Assembly: GCA_035308485.1 (NCBI GenBank)
Contig: DATGGN010000009.1
Coordinates: 6,540-70,539, forward strand
Length of the DNA stretch: 64,000 nucleotides
Reading direction: 5' to 3'
DNA from: Rhizomicrobium sp.
GTDB taxonomy: Bacteria > Pseudomonadota > Alphaproteobacteria > Micropepsales > Micropepsaceae
Of this stretch, positions 48,024-58,783 are shown one piece after another (the stretch's first letter is position 1; each line of letters opens with the position of its first letter). The position numbers and the translations under genes are program-made. Under the pieces are notes generated by a model. It saw only the letters and a list, made by a program, of their open reading frames with translations, ran no database searches and was not told where the DNA came from.

Positions 48024-48371
48024 TCAGCGCGGGCTTGGAGACGAGGCGGGCGACGACGACATAGAGCTGCCGCTGTTGCTCGAGCTCATGCCATCCGGGG
48101 ACATCGCGGCAGAGGACATCGGGTCGGGGGACATCGTGCCGTGGACCGCGCGCTTCCCGCCCTTGCCGGCGGCGGCCATGTGGCCAGCGGCCATTGCGTG
48201 ATCTTTGGACATTTCGTCACCCGATGAAGTGGAGCTGTTCGACATCGTACTGCTCGGGTTCGAACCGCCGTTCGACACATCGTCGCTGGCGGCACTCTGC
48301 GCCAATGCCGTGCCGACAACGCCTGCGCTTAAGGCGAGAGCAAATCCTGCAATTCTCACGTATTGAAGCAT
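48024..48371 (-). CDS. Secreted Met/Ser-rich protein (MXKDX pentapeptide-like)
   Basis: Signal peptide ALA/Q; MSKDH and MSPD repeats; SD AAGGAG. Confidence 0.7.
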   Translation of the reverse strand: MLQYVRIAGFALALSAGVVGTALAQSAASDDVSNGGSNPSSTMSNSSTSSGDEMSKDHAMAAGHMAAAGKGGKRAVHGTMSPDPMSSAAMSPDGMSSSNSGSSMSSSPASSPSPR

Positions 48372-48487
48372 CTCAATTCTCCTTGGAAAGAACCGCACAG
48401 CCGCGGTCGATGGCGCTCCACACACGGTGGAACTTCGGTGTACGGCGCTCCGGCGCCGTTGCGTTGGTATTGGCACTCAACACTTCA

Positions 48488-49201
48488 TCAATTGTGGGCC
48501 GCCGCGACGATGGCGCCGCCTGGTCCCTGTTGAATGAGGACAGCTGCACGAAGTCCGCTCCGGGGCGTTGGCGGAATCGCATAGATTTTTGTCTTACCGG
48601 ACCAACTGCCGAGCTTCACGAGCTCCTTCACCACATTCCGGTGGGGCAGCGTTTGGCCGCCGTTCTCGCCGCGCGCGATAGCCACCAGTTCGATGTTCGG
48701 ATTGTACCGTATGAGCCAGACATCCGCGTTGGTTGCCGGGATCGTGGAGGCTCCAATCTTTACATGATCGGACGCTATCGAAATGTTCGGCCCGCTCATC
48801 GAGCCCGTCTCGCGTCGGATGAGTGCTTCCAGTTCGCTCCGGCTCTGACCGACCACGTCGGCGCGCCCATTGACGACGACTTCGGGCGTAAAGACCTGAT
48901 CCCGATGGAACGCGCGCGCGTAGTCCCACTGCCGGGCGGTGTATTGCGGAGACGCGAAGGTATCTTTCCAGCCGAGATAATCCCAGTACGTGACGCCGAA
49001 ACTGAGCGTAAGAACGTCCGGACGATTGGCCAGCGCCATCACGTTCGCGTTGGCGGGCGGACAGGACGAACAGCCCTGACTCTGGAACAGTTCGACAACT
49101 GTCAGGTTTCCGTTATCTGCGCCTTGAGAAGGTGCCGACATTGTGGCCGACATGAGCACCGCGGCGGCAATGATGCTTCCTGCTGTCGTCACGCGCTTCA
49201 C
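48488..49201 (-). CDS. DUF1223 thioredoxin-like secreted protein
   Basis: VVELFQSQGCSSCPPA, YWDYLGWKD, RGENGG. Confidence 0.9.
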   Translation of the reverse strand: MKRVTTAGSIIAAAVLMSATMSAPSQGADNGNLTVVELFQSQGCSSCPPANANVMALANRPDVLTLSFGVTYWDYLGWKDTFASPQYTARQWDYARAFHRDQVFTPEVVVNGRADVVGQSRSELEALIRRETGSMSGPNISIASDHVKIGASTIPATNADVWLIRYNPNIELVAIARGENGGQTLPHRNVVKELVKLGSWSGKTKIYAIPPTPRSGLRAAVLIQQGPGGAIVAAAHN

Positions 49202-49253
49202 AATTGGTCTCCGACGCTGGTCCTGATTACATTCGCCGTGAAAGGCGCACGCG

Positions 49254-49752
49254 TTACACGCGTGCCGCAATATTTGCCGAATGCCTTGCGGATTTATCGC
49301 GAAGCGACCCCTTTTTCTTGCGGCCGGTTTTCGCGCGCTGGTCTCTCACGACGTCGAAGGTGCGCGCGCCCACATCCGGCGGCATGGGGACGAGCCACGG
49401 CGATGCTACGAGCGTGATTGTTGCGTCCCTGACACCTTCAGCCCAAGATTCCGGCGATCCAATCCGGAAGATAGGGCGAGCCCGCAAGCGCCTCGTACAC
49501 CCCGGCTTGATAACTGCCGAGCGCGCCGTCCACCATGGCTTCGATCTCGTCAGGCTTGCTCATATCTGCGCCGTCGTAACGCGTCGCTACAGCATGGATG
49601 CGCTGGAGCCGGGAGCACTGCAGTTCTATGTCTACTGCGTCTCCGAACCCGTTGAGCACGACGTTGCACCCTTCTGCGGCCAAGGCGTCGGCAATGTACG
49701 CGCCGATTCCGCTTGTGGAACCGGTGACGAGCGCAGTTTTTCCTTCCAGCAT
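49254..49752 (-). pseudogene. Collapsed remnant: 3-hydroxybutyrate dehydrogenase-like SDR N-terminus fused to patatin fragments
   Basis: GKTALVTGSTSGIG..LNGFG..ADMS, then GALGSYQAGVYEAL..PDWIAGI, then stop. Confidence 0.7.
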
Positions 49753-49785
49753 GTTGCTCTTTCCAGATTCTGGCGCAGAGACGGG

Positions 49786-50412
49786 CTACGTTGTTGTCCA
49801 GTTCTTGTCCGCCTTGGTTGTCGGGGAATCGCCGACTGCAATGGGACTCTTCTGGCGCACCCAAGGCGCCATTCTCTCGAGAACTTCGTCGCGAAACACG
49901 TAATGATGAAGGAGAGCCATGCCCGCGTGGCCACCCACGGCTGCAAAAAGGCCGTAGGCTCCCGCGCGATGAAAGACGAGCAGGGTTTCCCACAGGTCGA
50001 GGTTGCGATGAACGAGCGGTGGTATCGTCCAGAAGAACAGATGAAAGGGCTCGCCCAGCAGCAACGTCGTTGTGAGACCAGTCAGCGGCTGAAGAAGGAG
50101 CAAGCCGTAAAGGATATATTCGAACCTCGTGGCTATCCATCTCTGTGCATTCGACATCCATTCCGGGAACGGTGGAAATTTCGCAAATGCACGGCGCCAA
50201 ACGATGCGCGTCAGTGCCACGAACCAGACCATCACACCGGCTGAGCGGTGGAAGTCGAGCAGGGGCAGGGCTGGAACCGAGTCTCTCGCGAACTCGATGA
50301 TCAATCCCGTCGCAGCCTGAAATGCGATCAGTGTTGCCGTCAGCCAGTGAAGAACGATGGTTACGAAATCAAACCGTGCTTGCGTGCCATCGTTTCGCAG
50401 AGTAACCGCCAT
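49786..50412 (-). CDS. Cytochrome b561 family protein
   Basis: LHWLTA, HRSAG, H and HAGMALLHH motifs; 4 TM. Confidence 0.88.
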   Translation of the reverse strand: MAVTLRNDGTQARFDFVTIVLHWLTATLIAFQAATGLIIEFARDSVPALPLLDFHRSAGVMVWFVALTRIVWRRAFAKFPPFPEWMSNAQRWIATRFEYILYGLLLLQPLTGLTTTLLLGEPFHLFFWTIPPLVHRNLDLWETLLVFHRAGAYGLFAAVGGHAGMALLHHYVFRDEVLERMAPWVRQKSPIAVGDSPTTKADKNWTTT

Positions 50413-50661
50413 CCGTCTGATGCACCAATAGAGACCTCGACGGGATACGTTTTATTCCCGCGCGTTGAGAAGGACAGCCGGCTGGTCATCCGGGTCCTAT
50501 GATGTCACGATCGGCGAATGGAGCTGGGATACTCTCGAGAATTGAAGAAACGGGCGTGATGCAATCACGCCCGTTTTCTCGACGTTATTCTTTCTGGCGC
50601 CCACGGGCGCCCGCGAGAGCGGAAGCCGGCGCGGGCATGCGAATTTCGAATGGCGTTGGTG

Positions 50662-52041
50662 CTATCGCGGATTGTACACGGTGCCGCGGATCTCGTCGGC
50701 GTCCGTTCCGCTCAGATCGAAATACGTGAGTACGGCTCGCCCGTCGCTGCTGACGCTGACCGATTGCGGCAGGCCGAATTCGACGTTGCCGGCGATCGTC
50801 ACCGGCGCGCTCCACGGAGCGCCCGGTGAAGGGCTGACCGAGACGACGACGTCATCGGCAGTGGCCTGCGCGGTGGCGCCCTGTGCCCATGCCGCAACCG
50901 ACTCACCCTTTGCGCCGACAGCGAACGCGACGGGAAAGCCGGACTGACTTTCGTCGGTTGTTGCAGTCGAAAGCGTGGCGACGCTGTTCCATTTGTTGGA
51001 ATCGAAATTGCCGGAAACGGCAACGACATTCTGTGCGCTGCCCTGAAGACCAACGAGCGTCGTATCTCCAGCAGGATCCGACTGAACGTTCTCGAATGCA
51101 ATGTCGGTGTCCGTCGTAACGGTGGTGGGTGCGCTGAAGGTTTGCCCGCCGGACGCCTGGGTGACAACGGTGATCCCGTTCGTCTGCGAGTTGATAAAGA
51201 CCGCGGCGCGATTCTTCGCATCAAGCGAGACCGCTCCCACGTGACTCACAGGATCGGGTCCTGCGAGCGCGGCCTGACCGACCTGCCAATTCGTCGTTCC
51301 GGCAGGCTGCCGCGCTGCGAAGAGGACGAAGTTCGATGTGACGCAGCGTTCCTGATTGCACGATGCATCAAACGTTTCCCAGGTCGCGACCGCGTCGCCC
51401 CCATTGCCGATCGCGACGGAATCGAACTGCAGCCTGTTGGACGTGGTGATAGCGGAAACTGGTTGACCCCACGCCCCTCCGGCGGGGCGAGTCGCCGTCA
51501 TGATCGTACAGTTGCCGGTATCTCGAACGGCGCACGCGCCGCTCACCGCGGCGAGTACGGCAGAGCCGTTCGAATTCATCGTGAAAGCCGGCAGTCCGGC
51601 GATGCCGGAAAGGACAAGCTGGGGGGTTGTCCAGGTTCCGCCCGCCGGACGATCCGCGCTCCATGCATCGGCACCCGTCGACCACACGGCCGTTGCAGCG
51701 CCGGTGTTCGTTTCGTGCACTATGGGGTCAGACGCAACGAAGCCGCTCGACGGCGGAACAAGGTCGGCGCTCTTCCACGGACCCCGTCGTGCATGATCGG
51801 CAAATTCTATGGCACTGCCCTGCGAACCAAGATTCTCGAACCACACGGCGAGCGCATTTCCTTTCGAGTCGATCGCGTCGGACGCGCCGAAACCATTGCC
51901 GCCGCCGCTCAGGAGTTGAGGCGCGCTCCAGCCCGAGGCCAGAGCACCGGTTCCGGCCGAAGCGAGAAGCGCGACGCCCAGAACGGCGGGAACAACAACG
52001 CGAGGACGGAATGCAAGTCTGGATGCAAAGCGAGGGGGCAT
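50662..52041 (-). CDS. Secreted repeat (beta-propeller-like) protein
   Basis: Signal peptide; repeated G.A.A.W..GG.W..P units; SD AAGGAG. Confidence 0.8.
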   Translation of the reverse strand: MPPRFASRLAFRPRVVVPAVLGVALLASAGTGALASGWSAPQLLSGGGNGFGASDAIDSKGNALAVWFENLGSQGSAIEFADHARRGPWKSADLVPPSSGFVASDPIVHETNTGAATAVWSTGADAWSADRPAGGTWTTPQLVLSGIAGLPAFTMNSNGSAVLAAVSGACAVRDTGNCTIMTATRPAGGAWGQPVSAITTSNRLQFDSVAIGNGGDAVATWETFDASCNQERCVTSNFVLFAARQPAGTTNWQVGQAALAGPDPVSHVGAVSLDAKNRAAVFINSQTNGITVVTQASGGQTFSAPTTVTTDTDIAFENVQSDPAGDTTLVGLQGSAQNVVAVSGNFDSNKWNSVATLSTATTDESQSGFPVAFAVGAKGESVAAWAQGATAQATADDVVVSVSPSPGAPWSAPVTIAGNVEFGLPQSVSVSSDGRAVLTYFDLSGTDADEIRGTVYNPR

Positions 52042-52235
52042 TTGTAACTCTCCTTTTGGATTGGGACACACCCTCCAAAAGACTGCATGCCAGCCCCGGA
52101 TATTCCCGCGTGAACGATAATTTAGAATAATTCTAAATATGGCGCGATACAACATGCCGGGATGTGAACGGCCTGGCGCTCAATCCGGGTAAGTGTACGG
52201 GTTACACTCTCAGCATGCGCGCAGCCGCGGCGCTT

Positions 52236-52277
52236 GCGTGTACAAACTGGCGTGCACAAACCGGCGTGCACAAGTAA
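52236..52277. repeat. 3x 14-bp tandem repeat GCGTG(C/T)ACAAAC(C/T)G
   Basis: Read directly; third unit degenerate. Confidence 0.6.
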
Positions 52278-52354
52278 GCCTCCCGAAGTCTGCTCCGCAA
52301 GGTTCGACGCTTCGGTAGGCGGAGGGCAAATTCAATGCTTCGGCATCGTCGCGC

Positions 52355-52437
52355 GCAAACGGGAACCCAGCGTCGCAGCATGTCACTTACTGAGCATCCT
52401 GGGTCCGGATCGCCGCTGCGCGGCGTCCGGGATGACA
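52355..52437. repeat. REP-like palindromic element
   Basis: ..ctgggtccggatcgccgctgcgcggcgtccgggatgaca end typical of alphaproteobacterial REPs. Confidence 0.45.
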
Positions 52438-52479
52438 CTGTTCCTTGTATTGATGTCGAGACGCTATTCCGCCGCTGCG

Positions 52480-53646
52480 TTATGGCGTGCCGAGTCCAAG
52501 CGCGAAAAGCTCACCGGACACCGTCGTTTCCGAATAGACCATTCCATTCGCCACCGTTGGCGATGACTGTCCGGCTACACCGGCGACGACCGCGAGCTCC
52601 GCGCCAGTCTTTGCGTCGAACGCATAGAGGGTGCCGTCATCTGATCCGACATAGACGACGCCATTGGCGACGGCCGGCGAGGATGTGATCCCGCTCGCCA
52701 CGGGCGCGGACCAGATAACTTCGCCCGAATGTGCCTTGAGCGCATAGAGAGTGCCGGTTACTGACCCATGCTGGCCCACGACAGAGGCGCCGGCATAGAC
52801 CACGCCCTTTGCCACGGCGGGAGAATCCCCGATAATTGAAAGTGGACCACCGGGCGAAACCGACCAAAGCACGGCACCCGTCGTCGCGTTGAACGCGGCC
52901 AGGGCCCCGCGGCCGCTGCAATAAACCACACCTCCTGCCACGGCCGGTGAAGATGTACCGTCGAGGATCGACGAAGACCAGAGTTGTGCGCCGGTCTTCG
53001 CGTCGAAGGAGAAAAGCTTGTCCCCGTTGATATAGACTGCGCCATTGGCCACCGCCGGCGAAGAAGCAGCGTTGTCGGCACTGATCGGCGCCGACCAGAG
53101 TTGTGCTCCCGTGGCCGCGTCGATCGCGAAGACACTGCCGAGTGCTGACCCGAAATACGCGATGCCATCGACAACAGCCGCCCCCGAAGGCGCATCCGGC
53201 AAGTAGTTGTTCTCTGCGCACCACAGATTGGTCCCATCGGCGGCGGCGTATGCGCAGAGGCCGTTTTGCGTGTCGATGTAAACCGTACCTTTGGTGATCG
53301 CCGGGGAGATCCCGCCTGAATTCGTGGCCCACAGGAGCTGGCCGGTTGCCGCGTCGAAAGCATTCGTCCCGCTATAGACAACGCCATCGACAACTGCAGG
53401 AGCGGTGAATGGAAACGAGTCGTCTTGTACCGACCAAAGTACCTTGAGCCCGCCCACATTCGTTGTAGTCAGGGTATGCTCATGCGGATTGTATCGCCCG
53501 CCCTTTGCGGCGAACCCGAATTCGGACCAATTGCCGCCGTTGGCGAGCGCGGCCGTTCCGGCGAGAGCGAGAAGCGCAACACCCATGACGGTGGGGACGA
53601 CGGTGCGAAAACGGCGTGCAGGTTCTGAAGGGAAGCGAGGCGGCAT
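52480..53646 (-). CDS. PQQ-like beta-propeller secreted protein
   Basis: Repeated SSPAVANG.VY..A.DA.TG..LW units; signal peptide. Confidence 0.9.
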   Translation of the reverse strand: MPPRFPSEPARRFRTVVPTVMGVALLALAGTAALANGGNWSEFGFAAKGGRYNPHEHTLTTTNVGGLKVLWSVQDDSFPFTAPAVVDGVVYSGTNAFDAATGQLLWATNSGGISPAITKGTVYIDTQNGLCAYAAADGTNLWCAENNYLPDAPSGAAVVDGIAYFGSALGSVFAIDAATGAQLWSAPISADNAASSPAVANGAVYINGDKLFSFDAKTGAQLWSSSILDGTSSPAVAGGVVYCSGRGALAAFNATTGAVLWSVSPGGPLSIIGDSPAVAKGVVYAGASVVGQHGSVTGTLYALKAHSGEVIWSAPVASGITSSPAVANGVVYVGSDDGTLYAFDAKTGAELAVVAGVAGQSSPTVANGMVYSETTVSGELFALGLGTP

Positions 53647-53852
53647 TGGGTGTTTCTCCTCTTTGTCCGCCTGGGCGGAACGCAACCTCCTGTAGACCGC
53701 ACAGCGACCATGTTTATTCCCGGCGCCCGGGACAATTTGGTGCGGCTCCGCCCCCTTACACCTCTCCGCACCACGAGAATGATCGGAATAAATTGGGCTC
53801 GGGATGAGTCTTCTCCGTGGAGACGCAAATCGTTCTCCCGGGAACCTCGACC

Positions 53853-54017
53853 ATGCAAATGTTTGTCATTCTCATCGCCGCGCTGCCCATGGTCGCTGCC
53901 GCGCTGCCGATGTTTGTCTCGATCGGCGCTGCAATCGCGGGCAGGTACAGCCACGGCCAGGTGCGCAGTTCGCGGCCGGTCGGAAAGAGTACGACGGCAA
54001 CTGCGGGTTGGCGCTGA
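53853..54017 (+). CDS. Small membrane peptide
   Basis: Hydrophobic ORF directly downstream of ECF motif at 53786. Confidence 0.35.
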   Translation: MQMFVILIAALPMVAAALPMFVSIGAAIAGRYSHGQVRSSRPVGKSTTATAGWR

Positions 54018-54499
54018 CCGGCATCAAGGCGTGGATGCGGGCCACGACCCGCAAGCGGCAATCACGACGTACCTCTTGCCGCAGCAATGATCTCGTCGCT
54101 TGCCTGTTCCTCGACGAGTACAGCGTTTCCCGAGCCCATTCGGGCTCGGCGGAAAGCGGCAGTGAGCGGCCACGCCAGACCACGCACCGAGTTGGAGAAG
54201 CTGCTCGACCACGGTCCTGTCCGGCAGCGTTCAACCACTGCTCTCGCCGCGAGCGATCTGCACTTGCACGGGGCGACCCAGCGAGACTTCCGCACGGCCC
54301 TGTCTTGCGCCATCCCCACGACGCCTCGGTCGCAAGTGATCCGTGGCGCAGCCTCCGTGCTTTCACGGTCGATAAGGGGTTTGAGTTCGGCGCGCCGGGT
54401 GTCGCCGCAGTGAGCGCGCCGGGCACCTTGCCGCCCGTCTCCTGACCGGCCGCGATGACGATGCAGGCGAAATGAGGCAAAGCGGCCCTTACAAGGCGG

Positions 54500-54525
54500 G
54501 AATAAATCTACCGATGGCCGGGTCT
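54500..54525 (+). promoter_or_regulatory. Autoregulatory ECF promoter GAAT-N18-GTCT
   Basis: About 50 bp upstream of sigma gene; motif recurs 12 times in 47.8-60.5 kb. Confidence 0.85.
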
Positions 54526-54576
54526 TGAGATATGTAACACCGGAGAAAGCACGGACGCGGACGGTGGGGCGGAAGA

Positions 54577-55125
54577 ATGAGTGACAGGCGCGCGCGGTTC
54601 CAAGCGCAAGTCCTTCCGCACCTCGATGCGGCCTACAACCTTGCGAGATGGCTCGCGCGGCCGCCATTGGACGCCGACGACATTGTGCAGGATGCCATGC
54701 TGCGTGCGTTTCGGGCTTTCGATACGTTCCGGGGCGATAACGCAAAGCCCTGGCTGCTTTGCATTGTCCGCAACTGTTTCCTCACGGCGGCGGGAAATGC
54801 CCGACGCACGCGGAATGTGCCGATCGCCGAGGACGATCAGACGGACGCGGACGATCCCGCGTGGACAGCCGACGCGCCGGATCCGGAATCGGCCGCGATA
54901 AGCGCCGGAGAACGCCGCCGGCTGGACGAGGTGCTCGCGTTGTTGCCGCGCGAATTTCGCGAGGTTTTGGTGCTGCGGGAGATGGAAGACTTGTCCTATC
55001 GCGAAATTGCCCAGATTACCGGCGCACCGATCGGCACCGTCATGTCGCGTTTGGCCAGGGCGCGTGGGCTGTTGAAGGAGAAATGGCATAATGATCTGGA
55101 GAGGAACGCCTATGTCCTGCAATGA
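54577..55125 (+). CDS. ECF sigma factor (ECF26-like)
   Basis: DADDIVQD, KPWL..IVRN, LSYREIA..PIGTVMSRL. Confidence 0.93.
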   Translation: MSDRRARFQAQVLPHLDAAYNLARWLARPPLDADDIVQDAMLRAFRAFDTFRGDNAKPWLLCIVRNCFLTAAGNARRTRNVPIAEDDQTDADDPAWTADAPDPESAAISAGERRRLDEVLALLPREFREVLVLREMEDLSYREIAQITGAPIGTVMSRLARARGLLKEKWHNDLERNAYVLQ

Positions 55126-55885
55126 GGCGCTCCGCGTTCACGCTTACTGTGACGGTGAACTGGATGCAGCCGCGGCCACGGAAATCGAGCGTCACCTCGA
55201 AACCTGTGCCGATTGCGCCGATCTTCTGAAGTATATCGAAGTGACTCGCGGCGCTTTGCGGCAGGATGCGCTCTATTACCGTGCGAGCGACGAATTGCGG
55301 GAACGCATCGGCGATGCTCTTGATGATGAAGAGGGCAAGCGCCGTCCGCGCTTTGCCTCATGGACGACGCGATCGTTCCTGACGGGTGCGGTCGGCGGGA
55401 GCGGCGTCACCGCGCTTGCGGCCGTGCTGGCATTCGTCCTGCTGGTCCAGCCGGCGCCGAATCTGCTGGTCGCCGATCTGACGAATGCGCATGTGCGCTC
55501 GATGATGTCGGATCATGCGATCGACGTGGTGTCGAGCGATCGCCACACTGTGAAGCCATGGTTTGCCGGACATACCGATGTCTCTCCTCCGGCAGTCAAT
55601 TTCGTGGCGCAGGGATACACGCTCGTCGGCGGTCGTGCAGACTATATCGACGGCCATCGCGCCGCCGTGGTCGTCTACCGCCACGGCAAACACCTCATTA
55701 ACGTCTTCGCCTGGGCCGCGGGCAACGAACGCCTGCCCGAAACAGCCGAGCGTAATGGCTACCATCTTCTGTTCTGGAGGAGCGGTAATCTCGCCTTCTG
55801 CGCGGTGTCGGATGCCGGACTCGAGGAAATAAAAACGCTGACGCGGTTGATTCAAAACGCAGGCGCGCCCGTCACGCGGGAATAA
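55112..55885 (+). CDS. Transmembrane anti-sigma factor with zf-HC2
   Basis: DGELD..HLETCADC; TM; SSDRHTVKPWF.G. Confidence 0.92.
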   Translation: MSCNEALRVHAYCDGELDAAAATEIERHLETCADCADLLKYIEVTRGALRQDALYYRASDELRERIGDALDDEEGKRRPRFASWTTRSFLTGAVGGSGVTALAAVLAFVLLVQPAPNLLVADLTNAHVRSMMSDHAIDVVSSDRHTVKPWFAGHTDVSPPAVNFVAQGYTLVGGRADYIDGHRAAVVVYRHGKHLINVFAWAAGNERLPETAERNGYHLLFWRSGNLAFCAVSDAGLEEIKTLTRLIQNAGAPVTRE

Positions 55886-56361
55886 ATCGCGCGAGCCCCG
55901 AGTCAGGCCTTTCGAATATCAGCGAGAGGCTCATCATGTTTCCGCCAACGACGTCGGCAAATCCCGCCGCAACAGGGCCGGCACCTGCAAGTGCCGCTGT
56001 ACGATGTACCCAGGAATAATGGCTGCGATCATGGTGAAGTAGCGCCGGTCGTCAAGCTCGACGGCACACTTCCCAAGCAGAATGGGCGCCCGTTGCCCCC
56101 AGCCCCCTCAGCGACGGGCGCTCACGAGTGGACGGGATGTCGATCCCCGGCATCCCGTCCGCAATCACGTTTGTCTGGGCCGCAATTTTGTTTGTCGCGA
56201 CTCGCTGAAGCCAAACGTACGAGGAGCGAAATGTTCTGGACGCCCTTTCGGGAATAAACGGGACCACGCAACGGTCTCCGCTTTGATCAGCAATGCAGAA
56301 CGGATTGCAACCCTTTTGCGGCGAGCTTTGCGGTCTGACAATCAACCAATCGGAGACATTC

Positions 56362-56619
56362 ATGGGCGCGCTCAGCATCTGGCACATCTTGATATTCGCT
56401 GCGATCGCTCTCCTGTTGTTTGGGGGTCAAGGCAAGATTTCCGATCTGATGGGCGACGTCGGCAGGGGGATCAAGGCATTTCGCTCAGGTTTGACGCAGC
56501 CGGACAGCGAAATTGCGCCGGCGCACGCCGCGCTCACCGACAGATGTCAGGGAACAGTCGAGACTGCTCGAGACGCAGTATCGGAGACTCGAACAGCGGC
56601 CCTAATCAATCAGCATTAG
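56362..56619 (+). CDS. tatA: TatA/E-family subunit
   Basis: [28 protein letters not shown]. Confidence 0.8.
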   Translation: MGALSIWHILIFAAIALLLFGGQGKISDLMGDVGRGIKAFRSGLTQPDSEIAPAHAALTDRCQGTVETARDAVSETRTAALINQH

Positions 56620-56785
56620 TTGTCTGGCGCAAAAGCGGAGAGCGCAGAGACTCCGACTTTCGCCTGGGACAATCTCGATATTGAGTCTCTGAGAGCGCGC
56701 GCGGCGCAAGTTGATCATCCTCAGTTGGGCGCCCTGGGTGTGGGCGTCCGTCACCCCAATTTGTTCGTGCCGCGAGGCGACACAA

Positions 56786-57379
56786 TCAGCGAAGTTGGAT
56801 GCCGCTTGAATCGCTCGTAGGCAGGATAAGGCCAGCGTTTCCCAACGTGATCCTTCGGAAGCTCGCGCAGTCCGTAGGACGGCTTTTTTGGCAGCTGTGC
56901 GCACCGGCAATTGTGTGCTCGGTGAAGTGTTCCCCGGAGGGATTGCTTCCGAACATGCCTGGCGCCGAACGATCCTGATTGGTGCTTACGATGTCGAAGA
57001 GCTTCCCATCTGCAGTCTCCGTCAGCGGACTGTTCGGAAACCACGGGTAGGCAGACGTGGGCAGAGCGTTCAATTTTCCGGCGAGCGTCAGGCTAAAGAG
57101 CACGGTTTTTGCACTGTTCGCTCCGATCGTCGTCCCATTGAGATTGAACACCGTGCCGGCGGCGGCATTACCGGTCCCCCCGAACTCCGCCGTGCCGTAA
57201 TCGGTCGCCTGGAACGGAGAATTTGGATTGTATTCGTTCGGGCAGGAATACGTGTGGCGATCGCAGGCGGACGCGAACAATTGCTCAACAGGCGGATTCC
57301 CGGCGACCGCGGACGAACACGCCAATGACAGCAGAACGCCCGGTATAGCGGCAAGGTGTAGAACGCGCGTCCGTCTCAT
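56786..57379 (-). pseudogene. Degenerate secreted GloVer-like repeat protein
   Basis: Signal peptide; YGTA.FGG..GTVF.L and P.SPLTE.ADG.LF units, truncated and deleted. Confidence 0.55.
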
Positions 57380-57569
57380 ATCAATTCCTCGCGCAGGGCT
57401 GTTGCACGGGATTCAGACCCCCGCGCGGACGCACCTATTCCCGGAATCGGCATTAATTTTTTTTGCGGTTCTGGTTCACCTCGAACAATGTCTGTCGCGG
57501 TAACGCTGGCCCGCCAGACGTGATTGAACGGTCTGTCGGGTGCGCTTGCGTATACGCGTACCGGTCAAC

Positions 57570-57840
57570 ACTGTCGTCAACGTATTCGCCTGTCAGGTGG
57601 GAACCGGACGCCTGCCAGATCGACCGAGGGCAAAAGTACCATCTCCTGCCTGGAGGAGCGGTAAGCTCGCGTTCTGCGCGGTCTCGGACGCCGGATTTGA
57701 CGAATTGATGCCGCGACTGATTCAAAACGCAGGCGCGCCCCCTCTCTCGGGAATAAATCGCAGGGATGCCGAGTCAAGCCTTTCGAATATCAGCGAGAGG
57801 CTCACATGTTTTCCGACTACGATGCCGATAAATCCCGCCG
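57570..57840 (+). repeat. Diverged duplicate of 55690-55969 (anti-sigma 3' end + promoter + phosphoesterase start)
   Basis: Shared ctggaggagcggtaa, gattcaaaacgcaggcgcgccc and gcctttcgaatatcagcgagaggctca. Confidence 0.85.
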
Positions 57841-58750
57841 TGGCGTACTGAAATGCCTGGCATTTGGCGGAGCCGGCACGCTCTTCGCGCTGTCGGGGGG
57901 TGTACTTGCGCCCCTCGATCTCGCCATGGCCTCATCGAAGAACGCCGCGCCAGCGATGAGCGGCATTCCCTTGTTCCTGCAGATCAGCGACACGCATATC
58001 GGCTTCAACAAGGAGGCCAATCCGGACGTCGCGGGCACGCTGAAGCAGACGATCGATCTCGTGAATGCCATGCCGGTGAAACCAGCTCTGACCATTCACA
58101 CCGGCGACATCACCCATCTCTCAAAGCCGCAGGAATTTGATGCCGCAGCGCAGTTGATGTCGGGCCTCAGCATCACCGAGCTCCACACCGTCCCCGGCGA
58201 GCATGATGTCACCGACGGCATGGGCACCGAATATTTCAGCCGCTTCGGCCAGGCGTCCGCAAACAAGGGTTATTATAGCTTCGACCATAGCGGCGTGCAT
58301 TTCGTTGGCCTCGTCAACGTGATGAATTTCAAACCCAATGGTCTCGGCGCTTTCGGCGACGAACAGCTTGCGTGGCTGAAGCAGGATCTCCAGGCGCGCA
58401 GTTCGAGTACACCGATCGTCGTGTTCGCGCACATGCCGATGTGGACGATCTACGAACCATGGGGTTGGGGTACAGGCGACGCCGACCAGGCGACGTCTTA
58501 CCTCAAGCGCTTCGGCTCGGTCACCGTACTGAACGGCCACATCCACCAGATCGTTCAGAAGGTGGAAGGAAACATCACCTTTCACACCGCGCGCTCGACC
58601 GCCTATCCGCAACCCTCGGCCGGCGTCGGCCCAGGTCCGGGACCGCTCAAGGTCGCGAGCGATCAGCTGCCGAAGATGCTCGGGATCACCAGCATCAAGA
58701 TACTGAGCCATCCCCCTTCCGCTTCGCTGCGCGATACGACGCTCGGCTGA
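57806..58750 (+). CDS. Tat-exported metallophosphoesterase
   Basis: SRRGVLK; DTH, GD, GEHD and GHIH motifs. Confidence 0.92.
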   Translation: MFSDYDADKSRRGVLKCLAFGGAGTLFALSGGVLAPLDLAMASSKNAAPAMSGIPLFLQISDTHIGFNKEANPDVAGTLKQTIDLVNAMPVKPALTIHTGDITHLSKPQEFDAAAQLMSGLSITELHTVPGEHDVTDGMGTEYFSRFGQASANKGYYSFDHSGVHFVGLVNVMNFKPNGLGAFGDEQLAWLKQDLQARSSSTPIVVFAHMPMWTIYEPWGWGTGDADQATSYLKRFGSVTVLNGHIHQIVQKVEGNITFHTARSTAYPQPSAGVGPGPGPLKVASDQLPKMLGITSIKILSHPPSASLRDTTLG

Positions 58751-58783
58751 GTTTTCAATTTCTCACAATTACAGGAGAATAAA

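Noticed and set aside
52236-52277. Mini CRISPR array
   Set aside because: 14-bp tandem units without spacers; no cas genes
54020-54480. Coding gene upstream of the ECF sigma
   Set aside because: No consistent frame or recognisable motif; probably a decayed remnant
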